Positions 11,321-26,157 are shown, counted from the first letter of the stretch. The stretch is DNA of 45,949 nt from Octopus bimaculoides (GCF_001194135.2 NC_068995.1:34156426-34202374), one strand, 5' to 3'. Notes: generated by a model from the sequence alone, not told the origin. Numbers and translations: made by a program.

Positions 11321-12143
11321 AAAAAGCCCTTTATATTGGCTTAAAGTGTTTAACGGGATTATACAGGTAGCGTTCAATCAGCTGGTGTTTTAGAATAATT
11401 TGATAAAAATTTAAATTTCTGTCGACAAAATGATATTTGCCCAGAGCTTGTAGTATTTCGGATTGAATCCTTATGAGACAATACATCCACTTCTCAAATG
11501 CAAAATTTACAACCACTGTTACCTAAATATAATGTTTAGTTATTCTCGTAAATACTATGTGATTTTAAAGTCTAAAAGTGTTATATTCCAAATTTCAAAT
11601 TTGTTTATATAACCTCTCATCAGAACCCTCAAGTTTTTTTTTTTAGTGTACCTATGCTGATTATACCTTAACCTAAAATGATTTTGCGGTACACCAATAA
11701 AATTTTAAAAAATGAATCATTAAATAGGAATATTGCCACATATAAATTAAGGGACATTGTTTAAGAGATATTTTACGGAATTAAAATAGTTGAACAAACG
11801 CAATGGATTAGATGTAGACAGTGGTCTAAAATTTTCTACTTTGTCGACTTTGTAATGGAATTTCGAGAAATCAAAGTGTAAAAAGTAACTTGTGATCCAG
11901 ACAATAAGCCTTTGAAGTATGTGAAGTTTTTGTTTTCAAGTATTGAGTACTTTTCTTTTCTCTTTCTTGTTCATATATAAGTGTTTACACAATCAGACTC
12001 AAACAAAGAGATAGGCACGTGCACATAAATACTTCGTGTAGTATTTTCTCCAACCTACTTGTTTCCTTTTGTCCTGATTCCCACTTTACATTCCGAATCT
12101 TACGAGATCGATGAAATAAACTCTAAATAAAATATAAGATGAC

Positions 12144-12144
<1 letters not shown>

Positions 12145-12212
<68 letters not shown>
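12145..12212. repeat. (TTA)n microsatellite at the 3' end of an R4 fragment
   Basis: Directly visible. Confidence 0.95.
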
Positions 12213-12745
12213 TCCATTTTACTTCTCAGAGCTCTCGATTTTATTCGCTCCGGTTAATTCTGTAAGAGCGGACAACCTGTTGTCAAAAGTATCACAAGGT
12301 CTCTTTCCACGATACTTAACACCCAAGTACCAGTCTCAAAATCTTCGCTGTCCTTAATAGAGCAATTTTTGAGCACGTTCCACTTTCATATCAATTCCAA
12401 TTTCTCCAACATATTTCTCAAACCTGGTTGTTGGTGCTCCGAGTGCCGCTACAACTACTAGGATGACAGTTACTTTCTTCATTTCCCAATTTCGTTTGTT
12501 GGTAGCTTGCATTTTCCCATCTTTACAAGCTTTTTGTTACTCACGCGCGGGTCCGCAGGTGTGGCAATATCTATAATCTTGGCTTCTTTCTTCCTCCGAT
12601 CCACTACAACAATGTCTGGTCTCCAAGCATCGATTAGTGAGTCAGATTAGATTGTAATATTCCATAAAATTTTATATTCATTATTCTGGTTTATTTTCGT
12701 ACCGTTTCCGTATTTTTTCAAGACCATACTTCTCATACAATCTTC
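12213..12745 (-). mobile_element. 3' end of an R4/Dong-like LINE (RLE domain and 3' UTR)
   Basis: Minus frames KILWNITI, IDAWRPDIVVVDRRKKEAKIIDIATPADPRV, VILVVVAALGAP, AQKIALLRTAKILRLVLGC*, followed by a short UTR and (TAA)n. Confidence 0.88.
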
Positions 12746-13860
12746 AGTGAACAAACTCAGACCGGTATTTATACATTGTATTACCTTTATCAGAGTCCGT
12801 TTGGCAAAGAACCATTTTACTTGTGGTCATTCACATTGGGATTATGTTGTACAATTCTGAGAGGAGTGTTTGGGTAGGGAGAACTTGGTCTTAGATTTTA
12901 TAGATATTTGATGAGTTACAATCGCGAAATCTGTACTGTATATATATTTCCAACGTCTATTGTTAAATAGTTTTTCTTGCTAAAGCATTATAGATTAAGC
13001 TGATTGCTTTCTTCCCAGAATGAACTTCTCTGGCTCCAGTAGTGTTAGCAATTTCGTGACTCCAACATTATGACTTTCCAGATCTATAATGCTGTTTTGG
13101 GTTTTGATGAGATTACATGAACTACTTCAGAAGACAGAAAGGATGTACTGGGAGGTTTGTAAGTTTTGGATTTTTATGACTTTTTCGAATTCTTTTTGTT
13201 ATACTTCATTATTGTTAGTGTCACATCAATTTGCTTGTTCACTTGCTTTAACAATGCCATTCATTTTAGATGTTCTGTAGGCCTCTGTGGATTGATTATA
13301 AGCATAGGACGCCAACTTGGGTTTCATTGCAAATAGATACTATGTATTCTCTTATTGAAAAGAGTCTTGAAATATTCATTGATAAGATAGCTATGACATT
13401 TATTGTTTCAGTACCAAGAATTGTGGTCTGTAATATCCAAAAAAAATCCGTTGAAACATCGAAACTAATAACACAATTTGCAGAAAATTTCTGACAGGTG
13501 TAGCGATGAGAACTCTTCTGCACACCACTACATAAACGACTAAAATTCCTCGGAGGAAGGCCCACAGTCTAATAACTGTATCTAAAACTTGACAACATAA
13601 TACATATATCACGCACACACACAAATATATTTCTGTACTAGTAGTCATCTTTAATATTCATAAAATTTAGATAATCTTCACAATATTTCGTTTTACAGCT
13701 AAACTCAAAATGCTTAAGTCTGGCAAAATGTTTGCTACTGGTATTTCTTCTGGCCATTTCCGAATATTGCTTGGAGTTTAGAGTTACATCGAGAAAATTT
13801 ACATCTTTAGTGTACATTTCAAAGAAAATAAAAAGACTAAAACTTTTGTAGAATTTGTAC

Positions 13861-13937
<77 letters not shown>

Positions 13938-13973
13938 ACTACTTATCTATCTATCTGTCTGTCTGTCTGTCTT

Positions 13974-14004
<31 letters not shown>
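13861..14004. repeat. (ATCT)n/(GTCT)n microsatellite
   Basis: Directly visible. Confidence 0.95.
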
Positions 14005-14006
<2 letters not shown>

Positions 14007-14764
14007 GATGAACAGGTGTGGTCGCCGTTTGTGAGGCGCGCTTTCCCGCAGCTCGTCTCCATGACCGAACTGCAGTCGTGGATCAAAAAGAGGTCGAGGA
14101 AGGGCGAATGGCACCGCGAGTGTCGCGTTGCTCTTGAGCAACTATGCCGTTCCGGGTCGACCTTGAGCGACTGCAACACAACCAAAACATTCTATAGGGG
14201 AAGGAAGAGCCATTTGCATTGCATCGTACTTGTGGCTATGGCGAAAGAATGTGTATGGTGGACGCATCTGAAAGCTCTAGAGACAAACACTTTCCTCTCT
14301 GGTCAATCTCTCATCAACTTCTTCAAGTATCACTTGAAAAGGAAGGTGAGAGTAGAGAGGGAAGTTTTGTCGAGTGAATGCTTCAAAAAAGGATGGGTGA
14401 ATGTAGCAAGGATGGCACGTGTGAATGACGGAGCCACATTGAGTATAATCCTATGAACCAGAAAAAGAAAGGAAAAAAGAGAGTCACTTACATGTGTTTT
14501 TTTTTGCATGACAATATCGCCCGAGGTTACCGTGGTCTTTTCCGTAGGCTTTTCTTTTCACGGATAAACCTAATATGTTTCCCCTTTTTACAGTATGCCA
14601 TTTCTGTGATATATGGTCCCTATTGATCGGCCTGTTTTTTTTTTCCACGATCCCTTTTGATCGAATTTCTACTCCTCCTTTATTTTTCTTCTCTTCCGCC
14701 CCCACCAAAGCTCTACTTTGTATTTTGCCCCCTCTGTGTTCAGCCCTGTGTGGCCAATAAAGAA
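14005..14764 (+). mobile_element. 5'-truncated L1/Tx1-like LINE: ORF2 C-terminus (14016-14456) plus 3' UTR ending AATAAAGAAA
   Basis: GC-richer stop-free 146 aa frame (...VAMAKECVWWTHLK...FFKYHLKRKVRVER...GWVNVA) resembling L1/Tx1 ORF2 C-termini; T-rich UTR; AATAAA at 14756. Confidence 0.75.
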
Positions 14765-14765
14765 A

Positions 14766-15018
<253 letters not shown>

Positions 15019-15929
15019 CCCGGTATCCTGTTGATGAATATTATTTCGCATATTTGAACAAGAAAGGAAAATCTTTATTATTTACAAAAGAGTTGTTTAT
15101 TTAGAAAAGCTGCAAATCGCTCTTCAAATGGCTAATTACGTTAGAAAATAGAGAAACAATATACTCTTCCACAATTTTGACTTGGTTTCGATTGACAGGT
15201 AATCACTGTTTAGTAACGACAGCTGGAATCAGTTTCGAGACAAAATGGAAGTTTGAAGAGAAACGTTTGTTTTTAGCTGTCTGTATTTCGAGATTATACA
15301 GCTGTATAAGAATATTCCATCTTCCTTAATAGGAATATAATATTAATTAGACTATTATAGAATATGTTAATGATTATGGTGGAAGAAGAATAAACCGATA
15401 AAACATTTGCTCTTCGTAAATTAAATAACAAGGATGCTTCATTCTCTACAACTCAACTAGTGATGAAAATAACCGAGCGAGCATATACATAAATTACAAC
15501 TAGTATTGATGTGTTATTAGTAAATAAGTGATGTATAGTTATAATTAAATATGTATAGCAATAGCTGGTTATTAAGAGGTTTAATAATGTTCATATTGAA
15601 AATTTGAAGGTTAGCAATTGGGGAAAAGACGTAGGCAGGATGTTAGCTCCAAAGAGATGCTGTTCTTGTAGGACAAAGTGTGCATTAGATTTAGAATATC
15701 GTAGATGACGGAGAAATGCGAAGTTTTTGCAAGGAGTGGATTTTTTAAATCACTCAAAGTAGTTGTAGAAGAGACACAGAAAATAAGGCCAACCAGCTGG
15801 ACGGAAATTTCTTTGATTGGTCAATTAGATTATGTGCACTTCCCCAGATATATGAGGACCACTCGCAAGTAAAGCATGTCTGTGTGTGTGTATGTCTGTC
15901 TGTTTGTCTCTCTGTGTGTCTGTCTGTTT

Positions 15930-15957
15930 ATCTCTCTCTCTCTCTCTCTCTCACTCA

Positions 15958-15995
<38 letters not shown>

Positions 15996-16384
15996 NNNNN
16001 NNNNNNNNNNNNNNNNNNNNNNNNNNNNNNNNNNNNNNNNNNNNNNNNNNNNNNNNNNNNNNNNNNNNNNNNNNNNNNNNNNNNNNNNNNNNNNNNNNNN
16101 NNNNNNNNNNNNNNNNNNNNNNNNNNNNNNNNNNNNNNNNNNNNNNNNNNNNNNNNNNNNNNNNNNNNNNNNNNNNNNNNNNNNNNNNNNNNNNNNNNNN
16201 NNNNNNNNNNNNNNNNNNNNNNNNNNNNNNNNNNNNNNNNNNNNNNNNNNNNNNNNNNNNNNNNNNNNNNNNNNNNNNNNNNNNNNNNNNNNNNNNNNNN
16301 NNNNNNNNNNNNNNNNNNNNNNNNNNNNNNNNNNNNNNNNNNNNNNNNNNNNNNNNNNNNNNNNNNNNNNNNNNNNNNNNNNNN

Positions 16385-16445
<61 letters not shown>
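15930..16445. other. Assembly gap (N 15996-16384) flanked by (TC)n and (GA)n
   Basis: N run between dinucleotide tracts. Confidence 0.95.
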
Positions 16446-16452
<7 letters not shown>

Positions 16453-17593
16453 CGTAGATTAGCGGTGACAACAAATATGTCGGAAATTGATGCAAAGAAA
16501 AAAGTGTATAAATTAGCCATCTCTTGTTAAATTAATGAGCTAAAGTTTTATGCAAAATAGTCTGCCGGATGCTGTATTAGATAGTGCGACAGGGATATGT
16601 ACAAAAATAGCAATAGTTAGATGTACATTTGACATGTTCAATAGAGGAAATCCATAAGACAGAGTATGTGGACAGACAATTGATAATGGCATTATTTCGA
16701 CAACGGCTATACAAAACAAAACAAACAGGACAAGATTCATGATATATAGAAGAAAGCTAAAATCATAGAGGAGTTTTATTGGTTTATTTAATTAGTACTG
16801 AAAACAGATGGTGCGAATATTATTTTGATATAGGCAATCGAAATGATTAACGAACAATCAATGAAACTCAGGGAATTAATGATTGTGTTTAAAATGAGCC
16901 ACCTGAAAGAATACACAAGCAATACTTTAATAAACATAGGAAATAGATATTCTTGGTTAAAGATAGAAAACGTCCATATAGATACTACCTCAGGCATTCA
17001 TTAGACACGGTATCACACAGTTAAACATGCTTCATAGTTTTTACAGATGCTAGATCTCATAATCTGATGTGACATTTTATGCCGAACATTTATTTCATAG
17101 CTAATAATACGCAACAAGAAAATAAACTCACCTTGCGCTATCTGTTTGATAGTCTAACCTTCATTTGCCAAAACCCTACAACCATCAATACTCAAATGCA
17201 ATGTCCTTTTTTTCTGTGATTTCTCTCGGCACTAGAGTTGATTCTGCTCGTCGAACCTGCTTGCTGAATACCATTCAAACTAAATTAACTTGCTTCACCA
17301 TCCTCATCTCCTCTCATCAACCTAACATTTGGACCACATACATTTATTTAGTTGATTTCGTAGTTCCTTCTCTAGACACACTCCTTTCACAGTATCTCCT
17401 TATTAACAACGAAACACTGATAATTAATAACATTGACCATCCCAGTCTAAGATACCTGCTGGGAAAATGAGCATTGAATCCAGTATTCAGATCTGTTAAT
17501 AAACAAAATGTTTTAAACATTTATTCAGAGAAGCTGAACAAGTATAACCAGACCAAAAAGTACATATATACATACATACATACATACATACAT

Positions 17594-17625
<32 letters not shown>

Positions 17626-18004
17626 TAATACTTCGCTTAGGCACTGCGATGCTAATACCGAAGCATCGGTCGAGTACAGAGCGGTAATACACACCTGCAA
17701 CTTAGCAGTGCAGCAAAAGATTCCGATAGAATAACTATCAGACTTACGAAAATGTACTGGACTCGATTTCTTAGATTAAACTCTCCAAGGTAGTGCACCA
17801 GCATGGCCGTAGTTCAATGACTGGACAGGTACCAAATACATGTAAAATGTACCAAATGCATAAAAGGTAAAAGACATCTACCAAATACATATGTACAAAT
17901 TGTTCTAGCAAAATATAACAGTTCGCATAGAAGGAAAAGACAACACAATATCTCATTTAAAAATAAAAGTATCTTAAAAAAAGACTAACACAATATCAAT
18001 TTAA

Positions 18005-18660
18005 TCATGGCTGGGAGATAAACAGTTTATTCAAAGTAGCCGTCCTCAGCATCCACTAAAGCTTCAAGATGCCTTCGAAACCTGGTGCATGCGTTCCTCA
18101 CAGTCCCTAGGTAGGCCTTCTAATCCCTCCTTGATCTTGGCTACCAGCTCGGCTTTGATGCTGCAGGCAGAGCTGTCGGTATCTTTTCTCAACCGTGCCT
18201 CATGTATAAGTAATCCATAAGATCACAACTGGGGGAATTAGCAGGCCAGAAATTGGGGCTAGTGAAGTTGTAGAAATTCTGCGATCACCATTTCTGAATT
18301 TTTCCGCAGTTACGACAAGGAGCCAAATCCTGCTGCCACACATACGGCCTTCCAGCAGCAACGCTCTCCAGTCTGGGTTTGACCAAAGTCTCCAGCAGTT
18401 TTACCCAACCGTCAGAATTTAGCCTATTTTTGAGCCTAAGTCCTTGTTCAAAGATGTAGAGACGATTCCCGGCGTGCGGATGTAGTCAAAAAGCCTGCTG
18501 TGCCTCTCCCTGTTGGCAACGGCTTTGTAGTCTCCATGGCAACTGTTCATATCACGTCTTACAATGTTCACAGAACAGTGAGCAGCAGTCATGCTGCCGG
18601 CATTTTGATACCTGGTGCAAATTCTGATGATACAGGCAACTCTTTTCCCAGTATTTTGCT
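18005..18660 (-). mobile_element. Internally deleted Tc1/mariner DD37D (maT-like) transposase remnant
   Basis: YVWQQD-(37 codons, one a stop)-DY with FWPANSPSCDLMDY; C-terminal ACTRFRRHLEALVDAEDGYFE*. An N-terminal piece (MNSCHGDYKAVANRERHSRLFDYIRTP) appears joined directly to the catalytic half. Confidence 0.85.
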
Positions 18661-18994
18661 GTCTTCCAGTACTCCGTGTCAGCTAATTTTTCTCAACTAC
18701 AATTCTTATCTTTTTGCTCTCTAACGTCGTTGATTGTTCACTATGTTCACCAATATATCCAGTTGTTCCTGAAAAAGGGAGTCATAAAGATATTCAAATT
18801 CAGCCTGAACACACCCTGTACATACATATAGGCATTTATACATACAAAACTCTCGCCCGCCCAAACTTTTGCATGTGTGTGTGTGTGTGTATACATACAT
18901 ATAGATATATAAAAACCAAAACAGGTATCAATAAAGTGTATTTGCTTGAAGTCCAGGAAAAATAGAAGTCTTTGGCGTTCCAAGCCTACGCACT

Positions 18995-18995
18995 G

Positions 18996-19066
<71 letters not shown>

Positions 19067-19071
19067 GTCTG

Positions 19072-19152
<81 letters not shown>

Positions 19153-19190
19153 ACACCCCCATACATACATACATACATACATACATATGT
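18995..19190. repeat. (TCTA)n plus (CATA)n microsatellites
   Basis: Directly visible. Confidence 0.95.
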
Positions 19191-20254
19191 ATATACAATT
19201 CAATGTATATGTGTACATGTGGATCCGTTATGAATGTATGTTATCATTATATCTTTAACAATTACAGAATTTACAGTAGCTACGATTCAATTGGCTTATC
19301 GGATATAATTTTGCGTTGCTTCAAAGCAAAACGAGAAAATTTTTTGAAATTAAGGTTTTGCCAAATGGCTGCATTAATTTTCAGACAAATAAAGCTTATT
19401 TAACAGTACAAATATCTGTCATTTCTTTTTCCATGTTCATTTAGCAGATACATTTCTGTCACATGACAAGAATATATCTGTTTCATTGACGAAGTAAGAA
19501 TTGTTCTTATATTCCTTCACTAATGGCTTCCTTTAAAGTGTCATTGTTACGTTGTTTATGACATTTCCCGAATTACTTTCAAATTTTAGAGAACATTTCG
19601 CTTGCTATTTCCGAATTACAATAATAAAACTAATGAGAAATAACTCAATAGCTATACAATATATCATAAAAGAAACATTTTCATTCTTTTTCCAAATGGA
19701 TGTCTACTTACGTTGACCATTTTTGCTGATGGAGTACTTTGTACGTAAAAATAATGATTAAGATATACCTAATAGACACACTTGGTTGCTGTAATTCAGA
19801 TAATGTGTTAACGAGGTCGGCCACGCGTTCGATACCATCTCGTTTTTAATTTCCATTTCTGACATGCGAAAATGCGAAATAGAGAGCCGACTGTGTAAGT
19901 TTCTCTTTTCAAATAAATAACCTGTCTAGAAACAAGCTCTTAGGAGTATCTCTGTGTGGTGATACACAGTGACTGGGAACTTTGAGGTCTTATGATAAGC
20001 CTACCAAAACTTCGATGCTGGTTTTCCTTCAAACATTTAGCTTGTAGGTCAGCAGTGTGTGATCACGCGTTAATGTCACCAATAAACTCTAAACTGTGGT
20101 TCAAAGAGTTTCACTGCTTTCTGAATGTTAGAGACAGTATAAAGCATTGGGAAACAAATACTGGAGCGAATTTTTGTAGGCGAGAAGACAGGTTTACCCG
20201 GCAGTTTTCACGTAGTCCAACTAGCACCAGACTTATTGTTTTCATCAGGACTGT

Positions 20255-20374
<120 letters not shown>

Positions 20375-20469
20375 GTATTTGGATAGTCCAGGATTTCACA
20401 CTGCTATCAAAGCCCTTATTTTCCTCACCATATATTTCGCGATGTAGAGGGCAATTTTTGTGAACTAAG

Positions 20470-21570
20470 GGTACAACACGAGAAGTAACAATTATGAGTT
20501 AAAAGTTTGAATACGGAAGATTAAATGTGGACATTGCTGCACTCTAAGTTTTAAAGCTTGCAAATGATGGTCCATTAGAAAATAAATAGTACACTTTCTT
20601 CTTAAAAGGAGAGGAGCATTATGACAGAAGTGAGTATGACATTTGGTTTGCAATAAACATTTTTTTCTTACCAATGATAAACCTCCTACAAGTGTTAGAG
20701 AACAAATGTTAAGTCTTCATTTGAATTCCAACATCGATGGAGTAAACCTTGTGACTATTTCTTCCACCAAGTTTAACTCGAATATTAAGGCGGAAGTTGG
20801 ATAGGTGCCACAAACTAAAGACTTTACTTGCACAACGATTTTGACGCCAGAATCGGTGAATTGCCAGAACGTGACTTCTGGTGTATACGATGCATCGTTA
20901 ATAATGAGTAGATAAGTTGATGAAAATAATGAAAATGGTCAGAGATTACCGAAACTATGTTACGCCAGAGACTTCCCAAACAAGCACAAGTATAGAATTT
21001 CATAGATGCATCCCAAACCATACCTTGGTACCAGATGGGTTTTGTTATTGTCATAGGAAACTGTCTCCAAATTGCTTACGGCATACGGAGCTGCTACAAT
21101 AACGATAGTGAAACCAACCACAGTCTCTTACCATCGGAAAAACTGTACTATAATCACGAGAAATATTCTATCGTGACTACTCTAATAACACAGGTAGGAA
21201 CAAGTTCATCTCCATAGTCAATAATATTGCCCTATCTGGTGCGCTAAATGTCTCTTGAAGCAAAATGATGCTGTATTAGTTTCACCATGAACTGTTGAGA
21301 TATTTGTGAAGAGAAACAAAGTGTCAATTGAAATGAAACCTATTTCAAGTTTTGGAACTAGCAATACAGACCAAAAGATAAGCAATCATTTACTGGAAGG
21401 AAGACATAACAGCAAAACTTTAACTTATTGAGAAAATCTAGGAGCAATGATTAAAGCATGGCCAGAAAATGTGTCTACGACTATTATCAGTTAAGCTTGC
21501 TCGTTAAAACATCTCTTCCACTATGAAAATATTACGGGCTATGTATGAAGATATGAAAGAGGTTATCACT
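20470..21570 (+). mobile_element. Heavily decayed RTE-like LINE, APE endonuclease region
   Basis: Broken plus-strand motifs NVDIAAL, YTFF, KAEVG, ENNENGQRL, IS*MHP match the LINE APE pattern DIAALSE...DFNAKVG...NENGxRL...SWMHP; an RT-like ILRAMYEDMK follows after a probable deletion. Confidence 0.65.
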
Positions 21571-21969
21571 TCAATCGGAACAAAAACTATATCTTAGAAT
21601 CAAATTCTGATGAGCTCATTACTGACCACAACGAAAAACAAGAACAAAAACAAGCAAAAGGTAAAAAGCAAAAAGGTAGGTGAAGCATTATCAAGAACTT
21701 TACTCCACAAAGAATATAGTCTCTGAGGAAGTGAGGAAGTCCCATCGACATCCCAACGTTACTTGTAGTGCTGAACCAACTAGAGAGGTGCTTATGACAA
21801 AAGAAGGAATATTCTCTGGGTCTGTTTTCACTATATTACAAATAACCATCATCATATATCTTCAGAGACATAGAGACCTCATATATCTTCACAGACATAA
21901 TTAGACCGATCCGCCAGAGATATATGTTCTGCTAGACAACCACTCTACCTTGTTTTGATTTAACAAAGG

Positions 21970-22050
21970 TATGTATGTATGTATGTATGTATGTATGTAT
22001 GTATGTATGTATGTATGTATGTATGTATGTATGTATGTGTGTGTGTGTAT
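21970..22050. repeat. (TATG)n/(TG)n microsatellite
   Basis: Directly visible. Confidence 0.95.
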
Positions 22051-22859
22051 GCATATTTATTACAGAAACTTGTAGAAAACCGCTTGAAAAGTACTGTTAG
22101 TGTCAGTGAAATTTGTTCTATACTGAAGGCCTAGATTTATAAAGGAACGTGAAAGGAAAATAAGTCTGTGTGATGTTCATGCCATTTTTCAGAGCATAAG
22201 AATCATAAATAAGGACTTGAAATGAAGTGGTTCCAATCGGGCATCAAAAATCAACGCCCCAAAATCTTATACCTGTACTTGTGTAACTATTACATATATT
22301 ATGTAAAGATAAGTAAGAAGAGAAAAACAGAATTCTCTCACCATATATTTTCGAAGCAAACTCAATCGAAATTCTTATTAAATAGTGTTCTGGACCTTGC
22401 CTTATTCAGTGGACATTCGGCTTGGACCACAGTGACATTGTTGGCTAAAAACTTACGTATCTCTACAACGTTATCAAATTACTATAGATATTTTTTTTCG
22501 TGATGTTAGTGTTTCTTCTCTTACTTTCTTATATTTATCTGTTATTTATCTCTGGTTGTTCACAAAGGAACAGCAGAAGCTTTATACGACCGTGGTAATC
22601 TAATTTTGGTCTTATACAATGTCAACACAGTAACACAGTAGATTAAAATCAAATGAATGAACAGCATGAACACAATGAAGAATTCTTGCGAAAAGGAATT
22701 TTTTTTCTCAGTATTCGGTAATTTTATCCCTTCTTATCACAAATACCATACACAAGCACAAATCAGAACAACCCACCCCATACTAACACGGAGACACGCA
22801 AACACATCCACACACGCATACACACATATTGCATATATACGTTGCATACAATATATGTT

Positions 22860-23185
22860 TATATATATATATATATATATATATATNNNNNNNNNNNNNN
22901 NNNNNNNNNNNNNNNNNNNNNNNNNNNNNNNNNNNNNNNNNNNNNNNNNNNNNNNNNNNNNNNNNNNNNNNNNNNNNNNNNNNNNNNNNNNNNNNNNNNN
23001 NNNNNNNNNNNNNNNNNNNNNNNNNNNNNNNNNNNNNNNNNNNNNNNNNNNNNNNNNNNNNNNNNNNNNNNNNNNNNNNNNNNNNNNNNNNNNNNNNNNN
23101 NNNNNNNNNNNNNNNNNNNNNNNNNNNNNNGTGTATCTCCAAATATATATACGTATATATATTCCATCTCGCATCTATCTGTCTG

Positions 23186-23266
<81 letters not shown>
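22860..23266. other. (TA)n, assembly gap (22887-23130) and (TCTA)n
   Basis: Directly visible. Confidence 0.95.
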
Positions 23267-23579
23267 AATCAATATTTGTGATACGTATGGCTATGTAAAT
23301 ATACACGTATGAATGCAGGTGTGTATAGTTGTGCGTGTATATGTGGTTTAAAAATAATTGTCATTGATCCAAAAACATATCTTGACCACTTGTATCTTGC
23401 CAATTCCAGATATTCAGTTAAGCTCCAACTTTAATTGAACTTTCCAATTTTTGATGCACATCCATTTGATAATATAATTTCACTAAAATCCAGTCATACT
23501 GTTTATCTAGTGAATGTGTAGAAAATGTATAAAACTATATACACTCACATATGCAATTGCATTACATATGCAAATATAG

Positions 23580-23631
<52 letters not shown>

Positions 23632-24192
23632 CCTCTGTGTATGTACATACATATACATGTTCATACATATACATATGTATACATATACACACACACATAT
23701 ACACATGCATATATACATCACACGTATTTCTGCCTGAGTAATTACATATTCTAAAGGTTGTGTTTGTTGGTGTGCGCATGCGTAGTGTATCGTTACCAAT
23801 ATCTTTCTCCATCAGCTGTGTTTTATATCATTCAGCAATCATAATAAAAATCCGATACGACTGATTTATAGATTAGTTTAGATGGACAGCTCACCAGAAT
23901 ATATTATGAAGTGTCTTTCATGTTTTCGGTATTCCTTCTTAAACCTTTATATCAATTTTCTATCTTGTTTTAGTTTCTCGTTTCTCAATTCATTCTTTTT
24001 TAATATTCTTTTCTTTAATAGAAGTCACTTAAAGTGGTGTGGACCTCTTAATATAGGTTGATGTCATCATTGACTTTATCGAGTGATACAAAGAAAGCAG
24101 TGATGGTGGATTGGCAAAGCGGTATCTTTGCTCACGTGTTGCGAGTTCAGATCTCGTTACTGACAAATCACGAATGAATATTTGTTCGATAT

Positions 24193-24760
24193 CATGTGGC
24201 GAGCTGGCAGAATCGTTAGCACATCAGGTTAAATAATTAGCGGCATTTTGTCTGTGTTTATGTTCTGAGTTCGAATTTCGCTAAGGTCGACTTTGCATTT
24301 CATTCTTTTGGAGTCGATAAAATGAGTACCAGTTGAATACCGGGTTCGACGTGATTCATTTATTGCCTTCCCCGAAATTGCTGGCCTTATGCCAAAATTT
24401 GAAACCAATGTTTGTTCGGTAGAAAGCGGTGAACTGGCAGAATCGCTAGCATGCCGGACAAAATGCTTGAGTTCGAATTCCGCCGATGCCGACTTTACCT
24501 TTCATCTATTCGAGTTCGATAAAATAAGAGTTGAACACTGGGGTCTATGTAATCGATTTACCCCCTCCCCACACCTGTTGGCCTTGTGTCAAAATTTGAA
24601 AACGATATTTTCTTTGGCACATTTAAGGTTGTGGATTAGCGGAGTCGTTAGAGTTTTGAATAAATTTTTAGCAGCATTTTTCTGTTCTTTTGCGTTCAAA
24701 CTTCGAAGTCAACATTAGGTTACATCGTTTCAGAATCGATAAAACAAAGAACCAACCACG
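24193..24760 (+). mobile_element. Cluster of three SINE family A copies (about 24193-24410; 24422-24605, internally deleted; 24625-24760, degenerate)
   Basis: Repeated ggcgagctggcagaatcg heads and ggccttgtg tails. Confidence 0.8.
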
Positions 24761-25944
24761 TGGTGGGATCCGTGCACTGGACTAACATCCCATCCACAAA
24801 ATATTGGAGTCTTTGTACCTAAATTAGAAATTATTAAATTCTGATATCACTATTTGTTTGACTATTTTATGCGCTACATTCAAGTGAAGAATACATTGAC
24901 TTTAACTTTTATCTCACCACAAGGGTTTATAGAAGAATAAGTACCAGTAAATTACTGGGACTGGCACAGTAAACTATGTCTTTCTCGGTTGAAATTTGTG
25001 GACTTGTATAAAGGTACGAAATTGCTCAACAGTCAGTTCTCAGTGGGCTACATTTGTGAGTTGTTTTCCATTAACAGCTTGAATAGACAACCAATTACTA
25101 CCTTATCGTCATTGGAAAAAACATAAACAGTGTACTTTACAGTTTCTCATCGTCTGTAAAAAATAATGAATGTTTGCGTCTGTGAAATTTGGAAGTTTAC
25201 AAAAATTGAACCTCAACTCTGGAAGCTTTTTTGTTAGAACCAAGGTTAGATATGCTTATTTCAAATTTTCCAAGATAGGAAATAAAAAGAACTTGATCAG
25301 ATTGATGCAATTATAGCATTGTTCGATATATTGTGTTGTTTTGCAATGAGATCAATGAATATGAGGTAGTATCGAGAAGAAAAAATAACCGGAGTCGAAA
25401 GCAATTCTAGAGGGATGAGAGACAGGAGTGATTTTAAGTGAGATTCATAGAAAATCTAGAAGTAAGATGCAGTAGATGTGATTGGAGGAAGAGAAGAGAA
25501 CGAATAAAGTGGGTTAGAGGAATTATTAGCAGTAGAAACTGTATCACAACGAAGAGAATTAAAGACAGTGAAGAGAATGAAATATATGCAAGCTTGAGCC
25601 TAAGACAGTTAAGAGGTTAAAAGATCCATAATTTTACGGAATGTAATCAAAACCAAAGATATGCAGCAGGGATATATTTACTACACGGAAATCGTTTCAG
25701 TAAATAGAGTTCAAATAAGTCATTCAGAAACACGATGTAACGCCAACAATGAGATTGTTGGTTCTGAAAACGAGGTAAAAGAAACTTGTTGCTTTATCTT
25801 CTCAGTTACTTTTAACGAATATATTATATATAAGATAATACGGTTGTATTAAGTTGTATTTCATAAGCTCTGATATAGTTTGTAGTTAATTACAAATTTA
25901 AGACATTCTTTCTAAAGGCAGTCTTTAATATTTATGAATGGATA

Positions 25945-26157
25945 AAGGCAGCGAGTTGACAAAATTGTTAGCACGACGGGTAAAATGCTTAGCAGCATTT
26001 CATCCGTCTTTACGTTCTGAGTTCAAATTCCACCGAGGTCGACTTTGCCTTTCATCCTCTCGGGGTCGATAAAATAAGTAGCAGTTGAGAACTGGAGCCG
26101 ATGTAATCGACTTATCCCCTCCTCGAAATTGCTGGCCTTGTGACAACATTTGAAATC
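25945..26157 (+). mobile_element. SINE family A with a perfect 18 bp TSD
   Basis: aatatttatgaatggata at 25927-25944 and 26158-26175. Confidence 0.95.

Noticed and set aside
13296-13565. 89 aa minus ORF with a faint resemblance to a GPCR TM3 or a hAT transposase segment
   Set aside because: No diagnostic motif or convincing splice sites, and neighbouring frames are full of stops; it needs BLASTX.
15640-15740. CCSCRTKC Cys cluster suggestive of a Sola-like transposase
   Set aside because: Too short, and a stop follows soon after.
15830-16530. Long ORFs here and at 22657-23312, 28708-29375 and 36892-38161
   Set aside because: They are artefacts of N gaps and dinucleotide repeats.
17120-17200. 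Strong minus-strand donor AAG|GTGAGT; similar sites lie near 22270-22460
   Set aside because: No matching acceptor with an open frame.
19820-19900. Candidate first exon (ATG...CTGT|GTAAGT) with a few CpGs
   Set aside because: A single donor-like site and 10 codons are expected by chance, and no partner exon was found.
25380-25620. Purine-rich stretch resembling an old RTE 3' region
   Set aside because: Too decayed to support by eye.
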